64,000 nucleotides of DNA from contig JBDRAN010000028.1 in assembly GCA_043823745.1 (NCBI GenBank), forward strand, positions 67,116-131,115. The letters run 5' to 3'. Each line of letters begins with the position of its first letter. Position 1 is the stretch's first letter. The notes under the pieces were generated by a model, which was given only the letters and a program-made list of their open reading frames with translations, did no database searches and was not told where the DNA came from. Made by a program: the position numbers and the translations under genes. The DNA is from Candidatus Omnitrophota bacterium. GTDB taxonomy: Bacteria; Omnitrophota; Gorgyraeia; Duberdicusellales; 4484-171. Below are positions 49,101-57,438 of the stretch, piece after piece.

Positions 49101-50017
49101 AGCTTGCCCACGCAGCGAATGAAAAGTCTGAATTGCAAAAACAACTCGTTCAATGCGCGGCTACCATGGGGGATAAGGCTAAAATCATTTCTGGCCTGAC
49201 AGAAGACTTTAAGCATTCCAGTATGCAGGTTAGAGAGTCAGAAATAAAAATGGCGCAGCTTCGGAGCGAACGTGCCGGCCTGCAGAATCAATTTACACAG
49301 ATTAATGATCTCCTGCAGCAAAAAATGAAAACCATCGTGACACTTCAGGCCCAATACAATGAGCTCGCTAAAAAGCAGGAGGCAATCGTTACGCAGTTTA
49401 ACAATAGCGAGATGGCGTTAGGAGTTTTACAATCAGAAAAAGTAACGCTTGACGGCCGCGTTAGGGATTACGAGCTTAAAGAGCAAGCATGGCTCGCGAA
49501 AAATGAGCAGCTGGCGGCTGCTATTGATATGAAGGAAAGAAATGTTAAAGATTTACTGACTCTGCAACAGAACTATGAGACGCAACTGCGCGACGTTCAG
49601 CGGCAGCAGGGTCAGCTGCAGGAAAAAAACACCCTTCTTTTTAAGGATAATAAGCTTCTGAAACAAAAAGTCGATCTCTATGCCGGCAGGCTTTCAAAGA
49701 TGGCGGTGCTTAAAGACCGGCTTTTAAAAGAAAACTCAGTCTTGCACTACAACCTCGGTGTTTTTTACCTGCAGCGGCAGGATTATAATGAGGCGATCGT
49801 TGAGTTTGAGAAGGTCCTGGAGCTTAGCCCCGATGACGCGGCTACCCATTATAATCTTGGGCTTGTCTATTCTGAATATCTCGATAATAAGCCAAAGGCG
49901 ATCGCGCATTTTAAGCGGTACCTTACGCTTGACCCCAAGGACAAAGATGCCGATCGCGCGCGTAAATATATTTTAACATGGGAAACGTGGCAGGATGAAC
50001 GGCCGGAAAGTCATTAA
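46175..50017 (+). CDS. Giant (1,281 aa) secreted or lipo-anchored coiled-coil protein with about eight ~120-aa repeats and a C-terminal TPR domain
   Basis: Signal peptide MKKIIVIFFVAMMVSVCGFA. Repeated LAAYKAKESGWQQRAGQLA...EKEKAI units. C-terminal YNLGVFYLQRQDYNEAIVEFEKVLELSPDDAATHYNLGLVY TPRs and a KYILTWETWQ tail. RBS GAGGGAG upstream. Confidence 0.7.
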   Translation: MKKIIVIFFVAMMVSVCGFARNGNGSPASVDDELSGLLDDFNSLKEELAAARDDYRNLTSEYMQASVDAQAQLAAAAAERAALSAQLAQAHAARETLKLRYEQAQSSIAEKEGFINETERARQKLANQLKDIEDKFSQTQASGDRARAQLQQTASDLTNKEKNLAEIENTRQQLNMNLKETEARLAQIVSEKAAIVTQLAAYKAKESGWQQRAGQLAGVIAEKEKAIINATGAANQVSVKLKDYEAKLAALESQKTVLEKRVQESQAREQALEAQAQQAGANLQGNEKTLNELTQAKQQLLVQAQELQSRLAATLQEKDKALAELATTREQLLAQTKELETKSAAVQSEKASLNSQLAAYKAKETGWQQRANQFAETIAEKEKAIADLAAAGKQASAKLKEYDEKIAGLESQKAALEAAAKGLQTQGQSARVQLEQTAAALQEKDKALVELTKAKEQFLVQIKELETKSAALQLDKTNLDGQLAAYKAKESGWQQRSQQLAMEAKDLEAKFSQVSSEKSALLPQLAAYKTKEAGWQQRSQQLTELVSEKEKGIAQLTQSENNNNNLIKEYEARITILNQQRMALETQIKNMKAKVDSFDAQLGQMVAAGQEKEREFAQLEHTRQQLVAQAKDLGSSLAQTLSEKTALTGQLNGYKIKEAGWQVRSQQLASDIADKEKTIEALTQTGTQTAATLRDYETKIVALESQRAALESKMQDAQTQQESLRVQFGEATRVLQGRDKALMELAKAKEQLLGQIKELEAKSGTLQIDKESLDGQLAAYKTKEAGWQQRAGQLAGVIAEKEKAIIQLSQEKTQILTQLRETREKYAQEVSAREALRKQFDELSEKEKALRAQTASEKGSLEAQLNAYTTKEAGWQVRSGQLSTAITDRDKNIAELKQTVYQNAIQLKDYEAQSAALQLEKAALATQFKELQLREQAAQMSTQQAVASLQEKEKTIAGLAQSHQITAIQLKGFEAQLAHAANEKSELQKQLVQCAATMGDKAKIISGLTEDFKHSSMQVRESEIKMAQLRSERAGLQNQFTQINDLLQQKMKTIVTLQAQYNELAKKQEAIVTQFNNSEMALGVLQSEKVTLDGRVRDYELKEQAWLAKNEQLAAAIDMKERNVKDLLTLQQNYETQLRDVQRQQGQLQEKNTLLFKDNKLLKQKVDLYAGRLSKMAVLKDRLLKENSVLHYNLGVFYLQRQDYNEAIVEFEKVLELSPDDAATHYNLGLVYSEYLDNKPKAIAHFKRYLTLDPKDKDADRARKYILTWETWQDERPESH

Positions 50018-50020
50018 CCC

Positions 50021-50073
50021 AAAAAATGCACGCTTCGCAGCCCCCTTCGGGGACGCTTCGCAGGCATTTTTTG
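50021..50073. repeat. Intergenic repeat/hairpin element (aaaaaatgc...acgcttcgcag-cccccttcgggg-acgcttcgcag...gcatttttt)
   Basis: Direct 11-mers flank a CCCC/GGGG mini-hairpin and are bracketed by inverted aaaaaatgc/gcatttttt. The core matches the GC-rich repeat family. Confidence 0.5.
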
Positions 50074-50336
50074 CCCGAATACCCTGGCGGGTAGGCTGTC
50101 CTTTGCCTATACATCGCGAAAATCTCAACGATATTTTCACGATAGGCTGCAGGACGCCATTGGTGTCACCATAATGGGAGGTCGCGCACGGGCCGCCGCC
50201 GAAATTTCTAAGCCGAAGGCTACCCAGCAGGGTGTCCTGTTGGACTATGGGAATTTCGGGAAACGGCGGGGTATACCGGAAAAATGTTGAACCTTTCAAT
50301 TGCATTTTTCCGGTTAAGAGGGGAAAGTAATCGGCG

Positions 50337-52304
50337 ATGAAATTATTAAACACAATCAGGCGCGGGCGCATGTGTGTTTGCCTTGTAAACATTCTTGTCT
50401 TATCTGTGGTGTTGTTGCCGCTGGCACACGCCGCAGAAGAGGCGGTATCGATCATCGATGAGGCGGTCATAGAGGCAGTTCCTGGCGAGACCCTCGCCCA
50501 TGAGGCGGTTGCGTCACCGGCAAAACTCGAAGAAGAAGAGATAGCGGGAAAGGAGGATAAAGAAATAGCGGCGGCAGCCGAGGAAAGCGAAGAGGAAGCG
50601 CTGAAGCGCCTGCGCCAGAGCATGAGCGAGGATGAGCTTTTCAGCCAGCGCGTATCGCTTGATCTTCGTAATATCGATGTTCTTGAAGCGCTCAAATTCC
50701 TCTCGACAAAAAGCGGCCTTAATATCGTCCCCACGAAAAATGTTTCCGGCCGGGTCAGCCTTACGATCGAGGACGTCCCTTTTAAGGATGTGTTTGATCT
50801 CCTGCTGCGCTCAAACGGCCTCGCGTACACAAAAGTCGGGAAAATTTATTCGGTAATGACCGAGGCGGAATATAAAGCGTTGTACGGGAAAAATTTCTTT
50901 GACGTCCGGCAGGTTAAGGTTTTACGCTTGCAATACGCGATACCCGAGCAGGCATTTACGATGCTTGACGCGATAAAGAGCGACCTGGGGCGCGTTATCA
51001 CCGATAAAGAATCGGGCAATGTCATGATCATGGATACGCCCGAGCGTATCGTTCAGATGGAAGCGGCGCTGGCGGAATTTGAAAAGCGCAATATCGTGAG
51101 AGTTTTTTCCTTAAAATACGCGCGCGCCAAAGAGGTCGAGGAGATCCTGCGCAGCCGGCTTGACGCAAAGAGCGTCGGTTCAGTGAAGGCCGATGAGCGA
51201 AATAATCAAATTATTGTTCAGACGCTTGCCGATCGTATGGACGAAATTACGACCCTTATCGGGCGCCTTGACCGGACCACCAAGGAAGTGCTCATCGATA
51301 CGAAAATTATTAAAATAAAACTTTCGGATCAGTTGACCTCGGGCCTTGAATGGGAAGGGCTTTTTAATGTTCTGAAGAAATTCGGCGGGACCTATCTTGG
51401 CTCGTATCCCTACAGCGTCATGAATGCCGGCGTTACCACGCCCGCGTTTCAGACGCGCGTTAATCAACTGGACAGCACGGGAGGCAATGTCGGATACTAC
51501 CCGTTTAGCGGCACCACCCCAGCATTAAGTACCAGCACTAAAACTGTTGTCGGTAAAAACATGCACTTTGGCATGGTTTCCGAGGATCTTGATTTTGACC
51601 TCCTTCTTAATTATTTTAATACCATCGGTAAAACCCGGGTGCTGGCAAATCCTAAAATCATCGTGGTAAACAATCAGGAGGCAAAAATCCATATCGGCGA
51701 GCGCCAGGCCTACGTTACAACGACCACAACCACGGGGCAATCCACCAGCACTGTTTCCGAAGAGGTCCAGTTCGTGGATGTGGGCATACAGCTATCCGTA
51801 ACCCCCACGATCAATGACGATGGTTTTGTTACCATGAAGGTTAAGCCGGAAATTTCAAGCGTCAGTTCGATTTTAACGACACCGACGGGAAATAAGATCC
51901 CTATTATTGATACGTCGTTAACCGAAACCACGGTTATGGTCAAGGATGGAGTTACACTGCTCATCGGCGGCTTACGCAAAGAAGAAAAATTCCTTGATTC
52001 CACGCAAACCCCGTTTTTGGGTAGTCTTCCGTTCGTGGGGAACCTTTTTAAAAGCTCGACCGATAAGACAGACAGGACTGAGCTTCTGGTTATGATAACG
52101 CCGCATATCGTTGCCGGAAATGATTTTGAAGCCGGTGCGGCGCGTGAAATCGGCGATAAGCCGCCGAAAGATTACCGCCAATATCAGCCGATTACACCCG
52201 ATAAAACGTTGCTTCCCGCCGGAGCCACACAAGGCCCGGCGCTTGCGCCTAAGTCGTACCGTGATTATTTAAGTTTTAGCGAAAAAAAAGGCGAGGATGC
52301 GTAA
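50337..52304 (+). CDS. Secretin paralog (PilQ/MshL/GspD family)
   Basis: About 65% identical to the 44133 product across the N0 and secretin domains. Acidic E-rich N-terminal extension. Confidence 0.85.
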   Translation: MKLLNTIRRGRMCVCLVNILVLSVVLLPLAHAAEEAVSIIDEAVIEAVPGETLAHEAVASPAKLEEEEIAGKEDKEIAAAAEESEEEALKRLRQSMSEDELFSQRVSLDLRNIDVLEALKFLSTKSGLNIVPTKNVSGRVSLTIEDVPFKDVFDLLLRSNGLAYTKVGKIYSVMTEAEYKALYGKNFFDVRQVKVLRLQYAIPEQAFTMLDAIKSDLGRVITDKESGNVMIMDTPERIVQMEAALAEFEKRNIVRVFSLKYARAKEVEEILRSRLDAKSVGSVKADERNNQIIVQTLADRMDEITTLIGRLDRTTKEVLIDTKIIKIKLSDQLTSGLEWEGLFNVLKKFGGTYLGSYPYSVMNAGVTTPAFQTRVNQLDSTGGNVGYYPFSGTTPALSTSTKTVVGKNMHFGMVSEDLDFDLLLNYFNTIGKTRVLANPKIIVVNNQEAKIHIGERQAYVTTTTTTGQSTSTVSEEVQFVDVGIQLSVTPTINDDGFVTMKVKPEISSVSSILTTPTGNKIPIIDTSLTETTVMVKDGVTLLIGGLRKEEKFLDSTQTPFLGSLPFVGNLFKSSTDKTDRTELLVMITPHIVAGNDFEAGAAREIGDKPPKDYRQYQPITPDKTLLPAGATQGPALAPKSYRDYLSFSEKKGEDA

Positions 52305-53396
52305 ATGAAAATGCAGGCAGGATTTTTGAAGATCATCATTAACCGGAACGTTATCTTTTTTGTTGTTCCTCTTGCCGCGGCGCTCATGGCAGCGTCATAT
52401 TTTGCCCTGAAAGCTCATACATATTCCGCGCGGCTTCGCGCGCAAGGCGGAACGTATGAGAAATTCAACAAAGAAAACGTTGAACTGCGTGATGCGTATG
52501 TTACCATAAAAAATGATTACGAAAAGATAAAAAAAGACTACGACAACATCTCGGCTGACCGCGATAATCTTCTTATCCAGATAAAGAAAAATGTCGCTGA
52601 TGTAAACCGCCTAGCCGAGCTTGAGGCAGCAACCGGAGAATTTACTAAAGAAAAGGATGGGCTTGAAAGCGAAAAGCTGGCGCTTCTTAACCAGAATGCC
52701 GATTTAAAAGAAAAAATCGATAAACTCCAGGGTGTGTATAAGCAGGCGCTTGATGCGCGTGACGCGCTCAGCGAAGAGCTCGTGCGCGCAAAAGACGCTT
52801 CGGGAAAAATGGTCCTTGAGCAGCAGAATGCTGAGCTTACCAGGCGCCTGGCTGCCGCACAGGAGGAAAACGGGCGCCTGCAGAGCGCTCAATCGGCAAC
52901 GCTTAAGCAGGCGCTGGATACGGTCACCACGCTTAAAGCGAGCGACGCGCAGCTGCAGGATAAAGTTAAGGAATACCAGCTTCACGAGAAAGAGTTAACC
53001 AAGAAATACGCCGAGGCGGTTAAGAAAACAAAATCCTTTGAAGCCAAGGTCGCGCGAGACCCGGCAAAGTTTACGGAAATTGCGCGGCAGAATAAGGCGC
53101 TTATACGCGATACCTCCACCATGCATTACAACATGGGGGTATTTTACTTAAAACAAAAAGAATATTCGCGCGCGGTAGCGGAATTTGAAAAAGCGGTTGA
53201 GCTTACTCCGGACGACGCCTACGCGCATTTTAATTTAGGTTATATGTATGCCGAGTATCTGGTGAATCGTAAAAAAGCAGTGGAGCATTTCAGGCACTAC
53301 TTGCGCGTCGCAAAGAGTGACGATAAAGACGTCGATTGGGTCAAAAAATATATCCTTACATGGGAAACATGGCAGGCTCAACAGCCAATGAAATAA
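52305..53396 (+). CDS. Coiled-coil + C-terminal TPR protein (short paralog of 46175-50017)
   Basis: N-terminal TM/signal, about 230 aa coiled coil, and a TPR tail ending KKYILTWETWQ, identical to the giant paralog's tail. Confidence 0.65.
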   Translation: MKMQAGFLKIIINRNVIFFVVPLAAALMAASYFALKAHTYSARLRAQGGTYEKFNKENVELRDAYVTIKNDYEKIKKDYDNISADRDNLLIQIKKNVADVNRLAELEAATGEFTKEKDGLESEKLALLNQNADLKEKIDKLQGVYKQALDARDALSEELVRAKDASGKMVLEQQNAELTRRLAAAQEENGRLQSAQSATLKQALDTVTTLKASDAQLQDKVKEYQLHEKELTKKYAEAVKKTKSFEAKVARDPAKFTEIARQNKALIRDTSTMHYNMGVFYLKQKEYSRAVAEFEKAVELTPDDAYAHFNLGYMYAEYLVNRKKAVEHFRHYLRVAKSDDKDVDWVKKYILTWETWQAQQPMK

Positions 53397-54448
53397 AACA
53401 GTTCTTTGGAAAGCTGGCCGCCTGCATAAGCGCAGGGGTATTTTTTTTCTCTGTATCAGGCTGCGGAAACGGTGCGTCTGCGCCGGCATTGCCGGCGCAG
53501 GTAGCGGCAGGCGCCGGTAACGAATCGGTGCGTCAACCGGATGCCGCGGAGGCTTCGGCCGACAACAATGCTGACGGTTTTGTCGGAGAGATCTTCGGTG
53601 AAAAGGTTCCGATAAACAATTATTATTTTGTGCGCGGTGTGATCGCGGTGTTCGGCAATAAGTTTGGCGCGCCGCCAAACACAAAAGAAGACCTTGAAAG
53701 TGCGATTTGGGATCAGCTCCTGTTGTCTCTGGTGGCGTTCAGCCAGAATATCAGCGTCACGCAAGAAGAAATTGACGCCGAGATAACCAGAACGCTTGCC
53801 GCGGAGCACACGGCCTTCGACCGCGTTAGCGATCCCGAAAATTACCATGAGTGGCTGCAGAAAAAAGCTGGCCTGACTCCGGAGCTTTTTGAAAATCAGA
53901 TCAGATATCTCCTGCAGCTTCAGAAACTTAAAAATCATGTTATCGACACCGTTGTTGCTCCAAGGATTACAGTAAGCGACGAGGAAGCCTACGAGGCTTT
54001 TTTACGCGAGCATAACACACTTGCGCTTGAACTTGTGCAGTTTAAGGCGCAAGAAGAGGCTGGTGCGTTCTATAAGAAAGTTGCAGGCCGTTCACGCTCC
54101 TGGGATCGGGAAAAGACGCGGTATGAAAAGGATGTACGTAAGCCGGGGTTTGTGTCGCTCGAATTTCTAATCGATCTTTGGGGAATACCTGCCGACGCTG
54201 CGTTTGCAATGGTGACGCGGTCTATCGGGGATATCTATCCGCCCCGGCCGGTCTATAAAGGATATGCGGTGTTTAAAATTCTCCAGACGCGCCAGGCAGA
54301 TACGTCGCTTTTTCCCGGAGCAAAAGAAAACTATAGGGAAAAAGTAAAGGCAAAGAAGAAAGTTTCAGGCTTTGCGAATTGGTTTGTAGGGCTTAAAAAC
54401 GCGGCCCAGATAAAAATATATGGCGAAGTACGAGATAATGTGCGATAA
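53369..54448 (+). CDS. Lipoprotein with SurA-N-like chaperone domain (tentative)
   Basis: Lipobox VSGC after a hydrophobic h-region. Alternative ATGs at 53360 and 53369. The function call is weak. Confidence 0.35.
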   Translation: MAGSTANEIKQFFGKLAACISAGVFFFSVSGCGNGASAPALPAQVAAGAGNESVRQPDAAEASADNNADGFVGEIFGEKVPINNYYFVRGVIAVFGNKFGAPPNTKEDLESAIWDQLLLSLVAFSQNISVTQEEIDAEITRTLAAEHTAFDRVSDPENYHEWLQKKAGLTPELFENQIRYLLQLQKLKNHVIDTVVAPRITVSDEEAYEAFLREHNTLALELVQFKAQEEAGAFYKKVAGRSRSWDREKTRYEKDVRKPGFVSLEFLIDLWGIPADAAFAMVTRSIGDIYPPRPVYKGYAVFKILQTRQADTSLFPGAKENYREKVKAKKKVSGFANWFVGLKNAAQIKIYGEVRDNVR

Positions 54449-54492
54449 TAGCAACTAATATGTTTTGTATCGGGAGAAAGAAGGAGGGCATC

Positions 54493-54999
54493 ATGAAGAG
54501 AATGGTTGTTCCCTTGGCGGTTTTATTTTTTGTAGCAGCCTGCGGCGTGAGCTTTGCGGCTGACAAGAAAAGAGTAGCAGCGCGCATGGGGTTATCCGAA
54601 CAGCAGCGGGTAGCGATTGCGGAGGATGCCACCGCGGCTATGACCGCTCAGGCGTGGACTATTTATCTGACTCAGCAGAACGTCGCGAGACCCAGCGTGC
54701 AGACCGACACACTCACCTTTACTTCTATGACCGTTGCTTCAACGAATCTTGTTGCCAAAGGCTATAATGTTTCTAGCTACGCGCTTAAAATAAACGATGA
54801 TGGTGGCGCGGTATGGGAAACAGTCCAGCGCAACGCGGATGACGATCTGGCGCTCTGGCGCGGCGAGTACCGGGAAGACGGGATTAACGGCGTTGTAACG
54901 ATGCGTTCAAAATCAGGCGCAACCGTGATGTATAATTTCTCAAGCGCAATGCCGGCGCTTAAGGAAGTTGGTGAGTCCGCGCCGCCAAAGAAGAAATAG
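54493..54999 (+). CDS. Small lipoprotein, unknown function
   Basis: MKRMVVPLAVLFFVAAC lipobox. Confidence 0.4.
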   Translation: MKRMVVPLAVLFFVAACGVSFAADKKRVAARMGLSEQQRVAIAEDATAAMTAQAWTIYLTQQNVARPSVQTDTLTFTSMTVASTNLVAKGYNVSSYALKINDDGGAVWETVQRNADDDLALWRGEYREDGINGVVTMRSKSGATVMYNFSSAMPALKEVGESAPPKKK

Positions 55000-55308
55000 T
55001 ATTTTCGGGAGGTGTTCAGGCGCATCAGAAGAGTTCAGAGCGTCGGGGTTTTTTGTATTCTATATATAGGTAAGAAGATGGCTCCTTTGTTAGCATTGGT
55101 AGCTATGGGTGAGACGTGCATAAGAAGAGTCTTTATACATCCCAGGGTTGTTTATGGAACCCTGGGATATTTTATTAATGAGCGCATTCTTTTTTCAAGC
55201 GACCGAAAGGGAGCGTAGAAAAAAGAATAGTGCGAATTATCTAATGAAGCTTGTCACGATGTAATCGTGACTTAGCTAAATTATCCTCGAAGGGGACAAG
55301 AAGCCTTT

Positions 55309-55347
55309 CGGTAAACTTTCGCCGGTTCCTGCCAAGAAAGTTTACCG
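55309..55347. other. Perfect 12-bp stem / 15-nt loop hairpin in a 480-bp non-coding gap
   Basis: cggtaaactttc-gccggttcctgccaa-gaaagtttaccg. The arms are exact reverse complements. Confidence 0.6.
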
Positions 55348-55496
55348 ATACCAAGAGGCAAGGGGTAATGAGACTTAGATTTTCGCGAGAGTAATGCGTA
55401 GTGAAAATCTGTAGGTGGATTATCCTGAAACCTAATTTCAACGCGGGTTTGGAAAAGGCTGGTTATTGATTGGCAAGAATAAGGAAATTATAATTT

Positions 55497-55907
55497 ATGG
55501 AGATAAAAAAGGTTCTCAGAGAGTTTAAAGTAATGACGAGGGAGCTTTATGGCCGGAGACTAAAAGAGATAATCCTTTACGGCTCCTGGGCGAGGAATGA
55601 GGCAACGCAAGACTTGGATATAGATTTGTTGATTATTCTTAAAGGAAAGGTTACCCCAGGTAGAGAGATAGATAAAATGATAGATATAATTACAGAGTTA
55701 AATTTGAAATATGGAGTGCTTTTAGCGGTTTATCCCGTTAGAAAATACCCTGTGGCTTGCTACAGGGTTCTTCCAAATTTTACGAACACGGGGTCTAATA
55801 CCCCGTGTGAGTTTTCTAACGGGATTTATCCGGTTTCTGAGGAAGAGCACTCTTTTTTTAAAAGCCCCCTGCTGATGAATGTACGAAGAGAGGGGGTGCC
55901 GGCATGA
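55497..55907 (+). CDS. MNT-type minimal nucleotidyltransferase (antitoxin of a HEPN/MNT pair)
   Basis: LYGSWARNEATQDLDIDLLII GSx(9-13)DxD motif. Confidence 0.75.
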   Translation: MEIKKVLREFKVMTRELYGRRLKEIILYGSWARNEATQDLDIDLLIILKGKVTPGREIDKMIDIITELNLKYGVLLAVYPVRKYPVACYRVLPNFTNTGSNTPCEFSNGIYPVSEEEHSFFKSPLLMNVRREGVPA

Positions 55908-56212
55908 AAAGGAAGGGAGCCGCACCGTTCATTAAAAGGGCGGAGAGATATCTTAAGAGTGCCCGGTTGCTCCTCAAAGAGGGCGACTACGAATCTTGTG
56001 TATCGAGGGTTCGATTTGGTTTTGAATATATAGAATCATTGCTGATGGCTTCGGGCAGAAAAATAATAGTAGTCGATAACACCGAGATGAAAGATGATTT
56101 AGTTCAGGATATGATTGATGTATTAACCAGTTTCTGCGCAAGATTATATGGCCGGCGTTCAGCGAAAAACCGGGCGAAAAAAGCCATACAGGCGATAGAT
56201 AATGCTGATTAA
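55904..56212 (+). pseudogene. Chimeric ORF: HEPN toxin N-terminus (about 35 aa) fused in frame to the C-terminal ~65 aa of an IS607-type serine-recombinase TnpA
   Basis: KRAERYLKSARLLLKEGDYESCVSR is a HEPN N-terminus. It is followed by VRFGFEYIESLLMASGRKIIVVDN...LVQDMIDVLTSFCARLYGRRSAKNRAKKA, typical of an IS607 TnpA C-terminus. It overlaps the tnpB start as in IS607. Confidence 0.6.
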
Positions 56213-57438
56213 CCAAGCCTATAGATACGAATTGAAGCCCAACAATAAACAAAAGACGTTGTTGGCAAAACACGCCGGCGTCGCCCGGTTTGCTTATAAT
56301 TGGGGCCTGGTCCGGCGAAAAGAGTTATACGAAAAAACGAAGGGAAGTACAACCGCCGTAAACCAGCACCGGGAATTGAATAAGCTGAAAAAAAGTGAAT
56401 TTCCCTGGATGTACGAAGTATCAAAATGCGCGCCGCAGGAAGCTTTAAGGGATTTACATCAAGCTTACCAGAATTTTTTCCGTGAGCTTAAAAAAGGCAA
56501 GAAAACAGGATTTCCCAAATTCAAAAAGAAAGACATGCATGATTCATTCCGTCTGACCGGCGCAATTGGGGCGACAGACAATACTGTACAGCTTCCCCGG
56601 CTGGGGAAAATCCGCGCAAAAGAAAGAATTGATTTAAAAGGAAGAATACTATCGGCTGCAATCAGTAAAGAGGCTGACCGGTGGTATGTAAGTTTTGCCG
56701 TAGAGAGAGATAGGAAGATAGCGGTTAATAATAACGGGGAAGCGGTGGGCATAGACCTCGGGTTGGAAAACTTCGCGGTTTTATCAGACAGCAGTCAGAT
56801 ACCTAATCCCATGTTCTATAAAAAATCATTGCGATTATTGCGGCGGAGCTGCAAGCAGCTTACCCGTAAACAAAAAAGCTCCTATAATCGCAAGAAAGCC
56901 ATAATTAAACTGAGCCGTTTACATCGCCGCGTCCGGAATAAACGGTTTGACTTTTTACATAAAGCGAGCACAGAGTTGGCGAAAACCAAGTCAATGATTG
57001 TGGTGGAAAGCTTAAATGTAAAAGGGATGGTAAAAAACCGTTGTCTAAGCGGCGCTATCAGCGATGTTGGTTGGGGCATGTTCAAAGCCATGTTGAGATA
57101 TAAGGCTTCCTGGTATGGTTCAAAACTGATAGAAGCGCCGGACTTTTTCCCTTCATCGCGGATATGCAGTAACTGCGGCACTTATAATGCCGCTTTAGAA
57201 CTAAGTGACCGCGTATTTGAGTGTCCGGGATGCGGATTGCGAATCAACCGCGATTTAAACGCGGCGGTTAATTTAAAGAAGTATACTACCGCAAGTTCTG
57301 CGGGAAGTTACGCCTGTAGAGATACCTCTGGCGGCGGAATTCCGATAAAACGGGAGTCTACGAGTCATGTATCGCTGAAGCAGGAAGCAGACGCCAAATC
57401 TTCCTCGGGAATATTTGGGTAAGTTCTGTGGAACGGTT
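56009..57438 (+). mobile_element. IS607-like element remnant (5'-truncated tnpA + intact tnpB) inserted in a HEPN gene
   Basis: The host HEPN reading frame stops at about 56009 and resumes at about 57439 ([14 protein letters not shown]). Confidence 0.6.
56202..57422 (+). CDS. tnpB: TnpB (IS605/IS607 OrfB family RuvC-like RNA-guided endonuclease)
   Basis: N-terminal [15 protein letters not shown]. Ruv[13 protein letters not shown], Ruv[14 protein letters not shown], zinc finger CSNCG...CPGCG, Ruv[14 protein letters not shown]. Confidence 0.85.
   Translation: MLINQAYRYELKPNNKQKTLLAKHAGVARFAYNWGLVRRKELYEKTKGSTTAVNQHRELNKLKKSEFPWMYEVSKCAPQEALRDLHQAYQNFFRELKKGKKTGFPKFKKKDMHDSFRLTGAIGATDNTVQLPRLGKIRAKERIDLKGRILSAAISKEADRWYVSFAVERDRKIAVNNNGEAVGIDLGLENFAVLSDSSQIPNPMFYKKSLRLLRRSCKQLTRKQKSSYNRKKAIIKLSRLHRRVRNKRFDFLHKASTELAKTKSMIVVESLNVKGMVKNRCLSGAISDVGWGMFKAMLRYKASWYGSKLIEAPDFFPSSRICSNCGTYNAALELSDRVFECPGCGLRINRDLNAAVNLKKYTTASSAGSYACRDTSGGGIPIKRESTSHVSLKQEADAKSSSGIFG

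Noticed and set aside
50021-50073. Rho-independent terminator after the giant coiled-coil gene
   Set aside because: A T-run is present (gcattttttg), but the preceding sequence does not form a canonical contiguous GC stem. It has direct 11-mers around a 4-bp mini-hairpin, so it is annotated as a repeat element instead.
49973-50830. 285-aa minus-strand ORF bridging the giant coiled-coil gene end and the secretin B start
   Set aside because: It is low-complexity Ser-rich antisense to the E-rich N-terminus of secretin B, crosses the repeat-containing spacer, and has no RBS or domain support.
55012-55441. Small ORFs 55012-55218 (+) and 55241-55441 (-) in the 480-bp gap
   Set aside because: They are short, lack RBS and recognisable motifs, and one covers the perfect hairpin. 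The region is treated as non-coding.
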